DNA of 58,507 bases, filler included, from Sphacelaria rigidula (GCA_964200075.2; 4 parts of 4 records of this genome joined end to end with filler, not necessarily neighbours in it); one strand, 5' to 3'; counted from the first letter of the whole stretch, positions 24,101-37,531 are shown. Numbers and translations are program-made. The notes: a model not told the origin generated them from the letters alone.

Positions 24101-25366
24101 AGAAGCAGTAAGGCACAAGGACAAGTGCATCCACGATGAAGTGACAATAATGGTGTCTGGGTTGAAGTCGAGGTTTATGAGATCCGGGAGACGGGTGTGG
24201 TGGGACCATCAGTTGGTGACAACATCGCGAATCGATGTTGTCAGCACTTTGCTACTTCATCTCAGCCCCCTACCGATACGAACACAGTGCAACAGTGCAG
24301 ACGGACACAGCTCAACACTATTGTCGCGAGAACTCTTCCCCTGAGATTCCTACGCCATCTTTGAGGTCACTGACTCTGGGTTGAATTGAACGACTTTTGG
24401 ACAACGTGGGCAGCCGCGTCGATTGGACCGAGACTATTTTTTCCCCACGAAAAAAAACTCCTGTGTTGGCCTTCCTCCTGTGTGACCCCGGCTGGTGCGC
24501 CCACATATACCGAACGGTGTAGACCGGCGTCCAGAATAGATGGAACGACCACACACACAACACACAAGATGAGTGAGGCCTCAGACCCCTCATTGCTATG
24601 TAGGCGTTGTGTCTTTCACAACACCAACTTTTCCAAAGCTTACACAACAGCAAGGCAAATAAAACGCGACCTCGACGACTGGGCGCTATAAGGGATACGA
24701 TTCCGCATTACGAGTAGCTGCTGCGACCTCGTCGTTTGTTGTTTCATCCATGTCGAGAATCTCTTCTCTTTGCTTTCTACAGTTCAAAAGGACAGCACTC
24801 GCATTTACATAACATACATCTGTCAAGCTCTCCGGGAAACCCTTGATGATTTGGCATAGAACTTCCAGCATTTGGGCGACGTGGGTGTTCCGGCTTGGTG
24901 CACGTGCGAAGTGGCCTAGAACAGTGCCAATTTGGCGACGAAGAAGCGGTCGCGACCGAGGGAAACTATTGTAGGCCCAGTGGAGCGTATTTCGAAGAAA
25001 CAGTCTCTCCTCAGGGTCACCTGCTTGAAATCGTCCGCATAGCTGAATCAAGAATCCATCGTCCACAAACTTTTCCACCGCAGCATTCTCAAACTCTGGA
25101 ATGCTCATCATCTCCACAAAAAAGGTTTGCACGGCCTTCATCTCTTCCTGTTTCTGCTGCTGCCATCCCAGCAGCACCGATGTGATCAGTAAGCGGTAAG
25201 TTTCTTCATCAAGCTTGTCCTCAGTATGATCGCGAACCGAGCGCTGATCGACGAGATCTGCCAAGCGGCGACAGGAATTTGAGCGCTCATCCCATTGAAG
25301 CGTCAAATCGCACCATCTTTGCAGCAATACAAGAAAATAGTCCCCGTCGTCTTTGTCTGCCTCCAT
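15134..25366 (-). CDS. PP2A B56 (B') regulatory domain fused to a PDK1-like AGC kinase; 3' exons beyond the contig end
   Basis: B56-like exons: 25366-24818, 23454-23239, 22744-22655, 22281-22108 and 21710-21555, with DPEERLFLRNTLHWAY, MLEVLCQIIKGF, LLPLH, NTPKEVMLLHE, VVERALFLF and CWNPTV. Linker exons: 20326-~20137/20010 and 18358-18145. Kinase exons: 17953-17812 (LGQGSFSSV, FAVK) and 15324-15134 (NEIACL, HPGIARL, LVLEYASRGDL). Confidence 0.85.
15655..16020 (+). mobile_element. tRNA-derived SINE S1 (intronic)
   Basis: GCCGGTCGCCACGGTGGCTGTTGG ... GGGTTCGAATC head, shared body, CA-rich tail. Confidence 0.85.
18420..19810 (-). mobile_element. Degenerate 5'-truncated non-LTR retrotransposon (LINE), intronic
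   Basis: RT core GFMVADDFVG ... TANVNKC ... TYLG (19540-19810). C-terminal zinc-knuckle remnant YPCGKAMERKTHIVAKC (~18735-18790). It has multiple stops and frameshifts, and the 3' end is followed by a C-rich/(CA)n tract. Confidence 0.9.
24440..24567 (+). mobile_element. SINE S1 3' fragment
   Basis: CCTTCCTCCTGTGTGACCCCGGCTGGTGCGCCCACATATACCG ... GAATAGATGG plus CA-rich tail. Confidence 0.8.
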
Positions 25367-25716
25367 CTAGTTCTCTCCTCACAGCCTCGTTGGGTAGCAG
25401 CGGCAACGATAGCACTAGGTATACTTCTGTTGTGACATTGGTAATTGTTTGTCATGCTCAGACCCGGAGCCTAAAGAAGTAAGGTCGAGTGGAACATGGC
25501 ATGAACACACACGTGGATAATGATATATCTTTCACACACGTGGACAATAATATATCTTTCAACAAATAAATTTCAAACCTGCTGCGCACGTACCGTTTGC
25601 GCCAGTGCCGTTGGCAGTGTTCTTTAGCTTCTGGACAGGTGTATGGTGGTAGCCCTATAAAAAAAAAAAAATCGTTTGTCTGTTCCTCGTTGTTGTTCTC
25701 GTAGACAGCGTGCAAC
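25367..25716. promoter_or_regulatory. Candidate bidirectional promoter with a 27-bp direct repeat carrying CACGTG boxes
   Basis: About 350 bp between two divergent ATGs. Repeats at 25506-25532 and 25533-25559 each contain CACGTG. Confidence 0.5.
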
Positions 25717-25722
25717 ATGAAC

Positions 25723-25920
25723 ATGTCCTCGGGTGATGAGAAAGAAACAGGGGCAGTAGTCGTCCAATCCGGGAGCGTATCCCTGTCTCAGGGGTACAAA
25801 GGCAACTGGAAAAATATCGCATTCAACGAAGTTGAAATCGGGGAGCAAATAGGTGGAGGCAGTGTCGGCTTAATTTACAGAGGATACTATCAGGGCAAGA
25901 ACGTTGCTCTGAAGACTTTG
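25723..25920 (+). CDS. First exon of a protein kinase, probably TKL-like
   Basis: IAFNEVEIGEQIGGGSVGLIYRGYYQGKNVALKTL (subdomains I-II), followed by a GTGAGT donor. Later exons were not recognised; an alternative ATG lies at 25717. Confidence 0.8.
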
Positions 25921-26907
25921 GTGAGTACTTTGACTTCAGTCCACGGTTTGATGTCTCGTTCCTGTGGTCATGGCACTACCTTCTCAAAAAGGGGACTGCT
26001 TGGGCTGCCAATTTGTGAAGCTCCACATGCGAATGACTTTAGTACAGGTGGTCATTATCCACAGCCAGCTACACACGATCTGAAAGAGAATGCACCAGCG
26101 TGCTTATATGCATTTACTCACGATGCACAAAGATTGGTCTGTGGGAAAGCCGTTTTGATGGTGTTTTAAGAGTATGGCCAAAAATCGCAAATCACGGGGC
26201 TATTTTCGGTAAAAAGTTCGAACGTGCCGCCCGTTGATGCGCATGCCGTTAGTGCGCCAAGTTTCACGGTGGATTGTGCGGCCACGGTTCAGGTCAAGAT
26301 TTACACAAGCAAATATGCTGTCAAAAACCGGGGAACAACAAACAGCAATTATAGTCAACCATAAAAAAATACAGTAGGAACGGCTACGCCGCGTATCCAC
26401 GTACGGAAATAACATCGTGACGTCATATATTATATGTTCACTTCCAGTACTGTGTCGGTCGAGACGAGGCGTGCAGAAGGGCCCGTGAGCGTTTTGCAGG
26501 TTCAAATTCGTTACATGGCCCTCGCATACCATTTCATTTGTATGGTGTTGACGGCAACTTTCAACGCAGACGGAGGTGTCGTATACGCATGCAATATTCG
26601 TATGGTGCGTATGTATGTATGTGCGTGAACGTCTCACTGCCGGCGTTGCCGTCAGTCTCGAAGGGTTAACGAGCATCATTATTTTGAAATGTCCTAATTT
26701 TGCTGACATTCTGGACTCTTCATCCGGACGTTCTCGAACTCATTCTCTGTAAATGCAAGCGCCTCGAAGGTTTACCGGAGGGTAAATCTTGTAGAAAAGT
26801 CTGAAAAATCACATTAGCTGCCCCATGTGTAGCCCGTGGCGCTTGCCAGCGATTGGAGATATGCGAAAGAGTAGGACTTCTACTAAAGCAACAGGGACAT
26901 TATAATA

Positions 26908-26991
26908 GAGGTGTCTCAACTCGGGGTTCCCGTAATATTTGACTGTAAATTACAGTGAAATATACCGGGAACCTCGACTTTGAGATACCTC
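26908..26991. repeat. ~84-bp imperfect palindrome, dispersed repeat (copy 1)
   Basis: GAGGTGTCTCAA ... CTGTAA-A-TTACAG ... TTGAGATACCTC; related copy at 51802-51887. Confidence 0.8.
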
Positions 26992-29138
26992 GCATACCCT
27001 AAATCAGTTTTCACACTTCCGCGTGCTCAACGCCTGCGAAGGTTCGATGCAGAACCAAGATTACAGAGAGGCGGCGTGCGCCGACACCATGTCTGGAGCT
27101 TACATATCCGTGGAAGAGGCGTCTTATAACGAGTTTTGCCCGGAACGACAGCCTGCGGATGATAATTTTCTCTCTACCACATCGCTGTGTGAATGCATTC
27201 GGTGGCTGAATTATTGCGCAATAACCGACATCGTTCCCCGAGACGAGTGAGCATGGGGCCGACCGATAAGCCCCGTGAGCCTACGCTCAGTTCCTCTAGC
27301 GGCGAGTTTCGATCATGACAGTATCTGACTCACGGGGAGTTAGGACAGTTCTGGATCATCGCATGGAATCCCGTTCTGTACCCGCGGCAGCAACTGCATC
27401 GCGGGCACCCCGCGGCAAATGGATATCCTAGACGAACCACATTTCCCTCGAGAACTCTGTCACATTGCGAGCATCTCTCTCCTCCACTTCCGCGAAAAAA
27501 ACTATGCCCCGATAGTCGAAATTGACACTCGTTTTTTCACTATTAAAACTCCGGAGCTGTCCTCACACCATCTCTCCAAGCTTTGTCAATCAGTTCCCAT
27601 GCTCCAATTAAACAGCGAAACCAGATCAACTGCCGACAGCATGACCAACGTAACGAAACACCCGGGGGGAGAGCACGCCCATGAAAGCACGAACTAGCAG
27701 CGCTGCCACAGGCGCAGCGGACATCTACTTGCAGGGCTGAAACGATGACGTCAAGCACCGGACACAAGAAATGTCAAGCTGTGATTAAATTCTAGTGGGT
27801 ACATACTGGCCCCATACCTCGCCCCCTGCGTTGCGCACCTGGAGGCAAACGTTAAACACGCGGTGAACATGAAGCGTCCAGGCGAAGGCCGAACGAGTGT
27901 GAGTCGTGTTCAATCGATGAGTGACGGGGTACTGTGATACCTCAGGACAGTGGACGAATTGGAAGGCTTCGCCACGACGAGTTCGGCACGCACACGTTGT
28001 CTCATCAACACGCGAGTGGGCTTACTACAGTACATCCACTCTACTAGCAGCCAAACTGTCATGCATAATTGACCGCAAGTAGAAAGCCAAAAATTGTTTC
28101 TGTAAAGAGCGCCACTCGAGCATAGGTAGCATATTTGAGGAGGATAATTTTAAGCGTGCAGGTGGTGGCAATGCTGCTGGCATACAGTGTGACGCTCAAG
28201 TTTGCGCACGAGGTAACTACACGAGGGCAATAGGGCACGAAAGGCAGGGCGTGTCTTGACGCGCTGAAAACTCAGACGAAGAACGGGCAGTGCTTTGGAC
28301 GAAACGATCGGTTCGTCAGGGTGACGGCATTCCTGTTCTTTTCTGTTTCCTTCGCTCGTTCGAGCCACGTTATTGCCATCAAAAAGCACGAGTAGGATGG
28401 TTCGAAAACGACTTGTGGGCGTTTGAACAGGTTCGAGGTGGGGAGCATTCGCCTTTGGTCTTCTGCACTGCATGTGCTCGATAGTGTTTGTGTGCAACAC
28501 CATGGATTTGAAGTGCAAAAAAAAGAGAGGGAACGAAAAAAAATACCGATTTGGTCACTTCTTCTGGGTTTTTTTCTTCTGTCTGTAGAGACAAGAGTCT
28601 GTCGAGATAAATTTTCGGACACGGAGCCCCCTCCCCTCCCCTCCCTCCCGGAGGGCAAATTTTCGAAAATTTTCATACTTAATTTCTTCTCGTGAAATAT
28701 TTTTATTTTGTTTGTTGATATTGTCGAAAGAAATTGATCAACAAACACTGACAAAAACCGAAAAGTTTGGCGGGCTTTGCGAGGTTCGTATATTCGCTTC
28801 TGCTCCTTGCCCGCCCTGTCTCGATGACCTCGGATGCCGGCAACCCTCACACACATCTATGTACAATTCACGAGGGCACGGTAGCGACAGCCTGTAGCCA
28901 AGGTAGCAAAATTATCTCACGCCTTGCCATATTTTCCCAGACAAGTGGAAGGTAGTCGAGGCACATAACGCGAAGCATGATCCCATACATGTAATCATGT
29001 TAGGTGATGGGCTTGGAGGGGCGGTGTGTTCGTGTATCAGCGGTCTCCATGTCAAGGATCTCTGTACACGGCAGCTGACCGCATCCACCAACGCCTCGGC
29101 AATAAACTGGGGGACAGCAGTCTGGGTCCCCCCCCTGT

Positions 29139-29210
29139 GAGTACGATACCAAAAAAAAAGCAACTCATTGTAGGCTGTCATCCGAATGCAAGATAATCAG
29201 TAGGCTTTGG
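29139..29210 (+). mobile_element. LINE-like subfamily B fragment cut by the contig end
   Basis: GCAACTCATTGTAGGCTGTCATCCGAATGCAAG matches the reverse complement of 38370-38445. Confidence 0.7.
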
Positions 29211-29310
29211 NNNNNNNNNNNNNNNNNNNNNNNNNNNNNNNNNNNNNNNNNNNNTTAATTAATTAANNNNNNNNNNNNNNNNNNNNNNNNNNNNNNNNNN
29301 NNNNNNNNNN
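29211..29310. other. Artificial contig linker
   Basis: 100 nt of N around TTAATTAATTAA. Confidence 0.98.
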
Positions 29311-30126
29311 ATGGGGTCGTGGGTATGCTCATTGCACACGGGAAGGTAAGCGCGCGCGGGGGAAGGAGGAGAGGGGGGGGGGGGGCACTTATTCAGCATC
29401 GTGCGGGCGTAGTACTGATTCAATCTGCGAAACCAAAACATCAGACACGTACCTGCGAATAGGTCGGTCGATCCTTCGAGACTATGGACTGGTCCCGAGA
29501 AGGGAGATGAAAGAGCTTGAACGTATGCCAAAATACAAGAATGTAACTATGTGAGGTCCAGATTCATTATGTCAGATTCGCAGGTGCCATATTCAACCGT
29601 GATGGTATCATGTCCCCGAAACACACCGACACGGTGTACTTGTGGTCCGAGACCGTATCTTCGGAGAGAAGGCAATTTGTACCTGGCATCCCTAGTTCTC
29701 CACCGGGTACTCGGACCCGCAATCAACCGTAGGGCAACATTCGCTCGCACAATACGGTTGCAAAATGACATAACATGAACGGTAAAAGTTCGCCTTGGCT
29801 CACAAACATTCATCGACCCACTGGCAAATGACCATATACTCCGCCAGAAGCTTCGAAATCGGAACAAAGGCTTCCGACCCTCGTGCATCGCGGGAAACTC
29901 ACGTCAAACTTATCTCATATCACAACGCTACACTGTGAACATCTTGCGTTCGGAATAGTACCACACAACACCGCCCCCCCTTGAATGGCAAACCGCCCTG
30001 CCCCCTCAATTGTCCGGAGAGACAAGCACTAGACGATATCGCTCAGGACAGGGGGTCTCGTCAAGGCCAAGGGATCAACATCATATTTCACCGCTACTGG
30101 TACCATGTGCAAGTTTACCGTTTCAC

Positions 30127-31559
30127 CTGAACGCTCATCTGACGCTGGTGCGACTTTGCGATGACCTCTCGCACAGGCGCACACACCGCACACTTGTGGT
30201 CCTTGCAGCGGTGGTAGTGCGAGAGTACAAACCGCGACGATACACAGTGAGGTATCTGCGGTGGCGAAAAAAGAGCGGAGGGGCAAAAAAAAAAAAAAGA
30301 AGGAGTGAGAAAAAAACGAAGACAGAGCACACAGGACGAATGTGAGCGGGAAAGCACCGGCAAAGACAAAGATAAAGACAAAGATAAAGACAAAGATAAA
30401 GACGAAGACGAAGACAACAGGGCAGTAACAACAGTGACAAAAAGGACGAATAAAAAATAAAGGAACGGAGACAGAACACTCGAAGGACAGAGAAGATGCG
30501 GACACAAACACACACGCCACTACAAATGGGCTCAACGTTCCGCATCAGTACACATTGATTAAAGCACGTGCACATAAACGAATGGTGAGTCATGCTCCAG
30601 GAAATGGAGCGGTGAGGGAAAACGCTGCGAAACCATGAATGGGGGAAAAAAATACACGCACAAAATGCGCAACGGTAGGGGCTTCCAAACATTTCCAAAA
30701 GGCAAAGGCGACGACAAACTACTTCCCCTGTTTTTGCAGCGTGCGTAATGACTCATCATTATTCGTCCTTATATATCCTTCACATTAGCTCGACCTCTCG
30801 AACCCGTGGTCACAGAGTGCAAGGAGCATACCATTCACACCCATGACTCAAACAACCCGCAGAGGAGGGCTAAAAACAAGGCATCCACACGCAAATGAGT
30901 AAAGTGGCCTTACATTACATGCCCACGTCCACACTTGCCGACACGTGAAACACGTCCAAAACCATGGACGTGTAATGTCTCTGTTACGGTACAACATTAT
31001 CCGGGGGAAACACGCGCGTGAACGGCATTCCTAGCAAGAAAAACAGGTGAAAAAAAGAGAGCCAACAACCGGTATGCTTACTCGTGCTGAATAAATTGGT
31101 CTACATAATGCACGACACAGACCATGTCATCACGTGTTCTAGGGCGAAAAACTGTCACCGGTACATATGTGATCTGTTCTGTTCTGTTCCACGTCTGCGT
31201 ACTTCAACTCAAGCGTTACATCACCACCGGTAGAGTTTCAATATTTTACGTTTCGGTTTGATCTGTTCCAAGTCTGCATACTTGTACTGCACACACGATC
31301 GTTGAGGACATGACATACTTGCTCACCGGGCACTGCTGATTCTTGCATTCAGCGATGTGCTTCCATAATCGCTTCATCGCTTGGCAATGCGGCGTCACCT
31401 TGCATTGTTCTCCCTCTGCCGGGCATTTGCTCGCGTGTCGAAGAAGTAGTAGCCGTTGCTGTTGCTGCCGGAGCGCCGCCTATTGTTGAATATTTCCAAG
31501 AGCGACAAACAGAAGACAATAAAAGCCACGAAACACACACATACACACACAGCAGCAGC

Positions 31560-31612
<53 letters not shown>

Positions 31613-34600
31613 CCGTCGGGTATGGGTGGAGAATGTCCGAGTGGAGAGTAAAGACACGCCGAGAACAAAACAGGAGAGTAAACGAGTGGGAAGCACGCGC
31701 GTGTTTCCACAGTGTCTCTTTTTTTGTTAAAAGCCCAAATGGGAGCAACACGTGGAAATGAGAGAACATCCCTGTTTCGGGGGCATGACTGAAGTACGCA
31801 TACCCCCACGAGTTCTAGTCTTGCCGCGGTCCATACAACTTTATCCACCCACTAACTTTTGCGGTACGGTTGTTCTCGGCCGAAGAATACGACTGATCGT
31901 ACGTAGCAGTCGCCATGACGAGAAAAAACAGCGATGTACTGAGCGTAGAACAGTGGGCATACGACCCCAACTATACCTTTTCGAACCCTACAACTCATCA
32001 CCCGCCGGTGGGTGGCACTCAGGGCGTGTGTGTCTGGGTGGGTGGAGGGGGGAGAACGATATGCTACGCACCCCGGTACAGTACTGTAGGTACGAACATG
32101 GTGCCAAAAAAAGCCCGAGCCTCATCACCCAGGGTCGTGCTAAGGAGGAGTTGTACACTACGAATGGATAATACCAACCATGCCCTAACGTACCTGAGGG
32201 CAGCGAGAATGAAAAAAAAATGGAGAGTTTATATATGACGTCATCCATCACGACAGTATGTACATGGAAAACGCATCGTCGCTATATCTACCTTCGACTC
32301 TCCTGCAGCTGACCCCATCTAAACCACCAGAGCTAAAAATGCATCGGTGCCAAACCCGCCTACGCGCACGAAAAACAAAAAATGTGATGACAACGTGTGT
32401 AGTGCTCTCCTACGCCAAGCACAACTGAAAGGCACAACTGCTTCTAGTGAATTTTTCCCGCTTGTTTATTCCAGGTCGCACCAACGGTTTTCTTTCAAAA
32501 CTTCCTCTTGCCCTCACCAGCACGCCTGGCCCTGTCAGCTCTTTCATCGCATATCCCACACGACCCAACAAAATTGTACCAAAGTTGGTTCAATTCTACA
32601 CCCGTCACACACCACTTGACCAGGAAAAATACGTTGAAACCCCCCTCTTCGACCGAGCCATTGACCTAGGTATCCTTCTCCCGACAAAAACAGAGCTGTC
32701 CGAGTCTCACCGGCAAAACAACGTCCACCTTTTTTGACACCAATATATATCAACGAATACGGACGTGTACCACATGCAGGTAATAACGCCTAGCTCGTGT
32801 AGTGATGCTGTCAATTTCGGGGTTGTCGTCCCGTCGGAACTCATACTCACGTCTTGAGCCTTCACCTGTGCAGTCCTGCCTTCCCATGTATACACATATA
32901 CCACATGCTGCCTTCTACAGCAATGGCGATCCTCTTATCTAACACGTTACTGTCACAGGGACGTGCAGAGCGCCTCCACTCATCACTAAAAATCAGTCAC
33001 CTTTCGGTCCTCCGGCGTGAACTGAGTATTCCGCCTTCGCTGACTCCCACTCCCGTGCCCGCCCCCTCCTCCACTACCTCCACTGCTCCTTCCGCTTCCA
33101 CTGCCGCTCCCGCCGGTGCTGCCACCTGGACCCATCCCCCCCCCACCGCTGTTGCCACCGCTGCCGCCCCCACCACTCTGTCCGACTACCCCTAGCCCCA
33201 GACCCCCGCCGGGAGTGTTGTTCCCCGAAGATCCATTGCGCATGAATACGCCACCGTTGGGCGTCCCGCTGCTGGCGCTGCCGACACCAATACTCAACTG
33301 CGAGCTGCTACCGCTGCCGCTGCTCCCTGACCCTCCGACTCCAGCACCACCGGCTGAAGCGCTCAGGGAAGCCGCATCAGCACTGCCATTCAGGTTATGA
33401 CCGCTGCCACCGCCATTAGCCATGGGGGAAGGATTAGTCGGTGTGGACGGAGTCCCGCTCATAAGCGGATTGATATCGTTGATGTTTACGAACTTCCGGG
33501 CAAGCGGCGCAGGGGCCCCTGCGCTGGCCCCGGCTCCCCCGACCCCGCCAGGCACGCCGCTCATGCCGCTTCCCCTCACTCCGCCCATCCCGGCGCCGGC
33601 ACTCATCATGCCGCCACGGCCCAACCCGGCGCCGGCACTGGTGCCGCCTATGCCGCCCACGTCACCAAGAGGACCAGGGAAAGGTCCGGGCGCGGGCCCT
33701 GGCGGGCCAATGCCCACTCCAATACCCCCTGCGCCGCTATTGAACGACGGCGAAGCGGGATCGGCTTTGACGGGTACAGAAACGCCGATGGTTCCGTTTG
33801 CGCCGGCGCCGGAGCCAGCGCCGCCTCCGACACCACCGGCGGCAGAAACTTTTGCTTTTGCTGCTGCCGCTGCTGCTGCTGCAGCCGCCGCATGGCTGTT
33901 CGCGTTCGAGGGTTGCCTTTGGACGCCGCCCACGGTGGAGGCAGGGCGAGAAGGCATATTCTGTATGCAGCGACATACATCATGCAAGGATACGTAGGAG
34001 GGGTTAGGCTAGTCGTCATGGAGTTTTGTGTGCGGGCTGTTGGATAAATGCAGCGGCGGCGGTGTTGTACTTTCAAAACTCGATAGAGCAAGAAGGTTGA
34101 CATTTTCGCAGCATGCATTCAGACCCGGGCTGACCCCAACACAGTTTTCATTAAGCGACAGCCCTACAACCCTCAAGATAAGTAAATCACACGACTCATA
34201 TCCCAACCGCCATCATACACTTCAAGGACCTCTTCAGAATTCAACAGGACACGAAGCAGACAAGACACATTAATTTACAATTGGAGGGACGGTCGGAGCA
34301 AAGATTGTTTAAAACATCCAGAGGAGAATTCCGCGCCATTACTCTCGAGGCGCACTTAACCTCACTTCATGTCTACACATCAAGGGGGCTCAGACAAGCA
34401 TTTGCAAGTTTTGGGGGACACTCTACTACTATGCGCTCGTCTCACGCGCGCTCTTTTCCAACACCAACAAGCGATTAATGGCAAACAGTGCAACGGACAT
34501 CAGTCACTGGTGCCACGGGCGCCACCGAGCGGCTGGCGGGACAAGCGCGGAGGGCATATCCTTGCTCCCGATTATTTTGTTCATGAACCCCACAAGCGCT

Positions 34601-37498
34601 CGGGTGTGCCCCTCGAAGCGACCGAACGCGATGTGCCACCCTCTACACAGTACTGAGTAGAAGAACGCACCCGTGTTCACGTTACAAACAAAAGGATGGG
34701 AATATCACTGATTGAAGAGAAACATGACGTGAACATCGTCTGGGGGTATAGGAAAAAGAAGCTTTTCGGGTTTGAAATCACAACACACAAAACAGGGGGC
34801 AAAAAGTGGAATGTACACACCTCGGGAAGACAGACAACAAAAAGGCCCCCACCACAGTCACGCTCCCTTTTGAACTACTGCTCAAAACGACAGTGTACTA
34901 AGTATGCGATCAATGCTAAGAAAAGGAACATATGCCAAGAGATAAAAATCGAAAATGGCACTCGTCCTTGTAGTCAGGCCCTCAGTCGCAAGACACAGAG
35001 GTCTCAGGCCTGAAAATCGCCGTTTTTTTTAGTGATGTAAACGCACGAAACCCAACCAGCGAGGTTTTGACATGATACGCGAGCAACGGGCGGCTAATGT
35101 ACGACAGTTTCATCCAGTCCTCCTTCAATCGCGTCTGCCGTGCTGAAATTACAACCTCCCTTCTTGACTTCGCTCTACTACTTTGGTTCATTTCACTACC
35201 GGCGTAGCTACCCACAGTACCGCTATCCTGCAGGCGCGCGGGGGGGGGGGGGGAGGGGATAAACCGCTCTTGAATTGAAATAAACGGGTATGAACCTCTT
35301 GAAAATGAGCCAACTCAGGGACAAACCCTTCACTCAGCCGCCTGATGCGATCACATGATCAGAGGCCTCCAACCTATAGATGTACATCGAACATGATCTC
35401 TCAAAGATATACGTTCATCGGTCTCAATGCTGTACTGAGTAGTTTTTTGCGTGAAGATAAGATCCCAACCCGGCCACTGCACCTTATCCTTTTCTCTTCA
35501 CAGGCGGCAGTTGCAACGAACACCTCCGCATACCGTACAGATACCCTCCTTGTAGCAATCGCCATCAACATTCCAGTTTTCGGCAACATGCGTAGCTCAG
35601 ATAAAAAACCACGCACCGTTTCAAAAATCGTAATCTGATGAAGTTCCCATTGACTGTCGTACTAAAGTCAATCATCATCAATGCGATCTCTTACACAAAA
35701 GCTGCCTCTGCTTCTTCTGGGCGTACTCCCGTAGGCGTATCTCGTGTCCTCACCTCAACGTATTTCGTCTGCGTCTTTCCCGTGCTTGTGTAAGGCCCTA
35801 TATTTAGAGCACCCGCTACACAACGAGTGCCACATTATATTTCGGGGCTCGGAAGTACGACAAAACTCAAGCTACACGTTGAAAAGCGGGCGCGCTCCAT
35901 CCGCTCCGTACCGGCTACACGGGGTACTGTCGAGAGCCCGACACTGAGTTTGGCGGCTACTTCGAGACCTCAATACCAGACGCAACAATTTCGCGTGAGC
36001 TGCGTCAACTGTACCCGAATGAACGATCCTCATATTTTCACCACTTTGTTGTGTGGGTGCGTCGCACTACGTTTACGACAAAGTAGATCTTGAAATAATA
36101 TCGCCATATAGATCAAATATGACGACACTGTGCTCCCACGAGCTGAATCGGCATCCCGTCGTCGACGCCAAATGAGAACATGCTTCCCAGGAAGACTGGC
36201 TACCACAGACGTTGTGTCGATGATCTGGTTTCGAGTCCCGAGATCATAGATAAAGTATGGAGCTACCGTGGGTTACCAGTCCTACCGAGAACGAGTCTCT
36301 TTTTTGGACCAGACAGTTATAATGGCAAGCTGTTGATCCCAAGGGACGGACTCTCGCGGACATTATTAAGGGGGCCGGGATCACGGAGCGTCGGTAGAGT
36401 TAAGCCCCCGCTCTCGAGAATATACTTATTTCAGTTTACCCAGCCGCTCTTGAGCACGACAGAGAACACATCGAGAGAGGTCTCAGGTGTAGTTGTTGCG
36501 TACAAAACCTCGATTTATTCCAAACGCAAACAATGGAAATCACACACACACATTTTCTGCGTGAGCGAAAAGAAGTACAAATGCCCGCCATCATCATGGA
36601 CATACCTTGATTCGCTGCTGGGCGTTAGTCCCCAGCCGAGCCGCCAGCTGCTGCAGACGCGTGCGGAGAGTGTTTTGGTCCTTGTACTCCTTGAAACTGC
36701 GCGCCGTTCGGTAGAGGTTGTCCTCGAGCCTCTTGGCCATCAGAGGCACCTTTTGGATCCACTCCGGTCGCGCGTGCGGCTTTCGCTGCTGGAGATAGGT
36801 GACGATCTTGCCCAGAATTTCTTTCCGAAAGGGAATGTCGTTGTTCGATTGCCACATTAGGACCGGTCCGCTGTTACCACCACCGCTCCCCTGGGTAGAT
36901 GAAAAGGAAGGGGAAAAATAAACACGAGTGCCTTGGTAAAAGGGTACTTACTGCGGTTTTCACGAGAACACACACACACAACACGTCTGAACGTAAAATG
37001 AAAGTGTACGCCGAAGTCTTCGTAATGCATCTGCATACAGTCGCGTACAGTATAAAAGGTTGCGTCTTGGCAGGAAATCAGGGCAATCGAACAGGGATGC
37101 TGAAACGCGTTGACACCATCCGCAGAAGAAAAACACTACGAGCACACAAGTACAGGAAGGAAGAGCAAAAGCAACGTCGAGGTCACCTGTGACCATAAAT
37201 TGTACAAAAAAACACGATAAACCGCCGCCAGTCGGAGGGCTCAAGGGACACAATGAAATCGTGGACTGATCGACCATGCCATGGTGGCGAGATCTATCGT
37301 TTCTCTATATGAAGCTCGCAGGAAAAGACCTGGTCGTCTCGCAGCACTCACGTGTGTTCGCCCGGAACCGTCGGCACCTCCCCCGCCACCCGCACCACCG
37401 CCGGCTGCCGGCGACGGAGTACCGCCACCGCCGCTTCCGCTACCAGCACCGGCAGGCATCATCTGCCCAAGACTGACCGCGGCTGCTGCCGCCGCTCG

Positions 37499-37531
<33 letters not shown>

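Noticed and set aside
31349-31848. Poly-L, poly-V, poly-C and poly-T ORFs
   Set aside because: These are translations of the intronic (AAC)n microsatellite; the real exon is 31479-31327.
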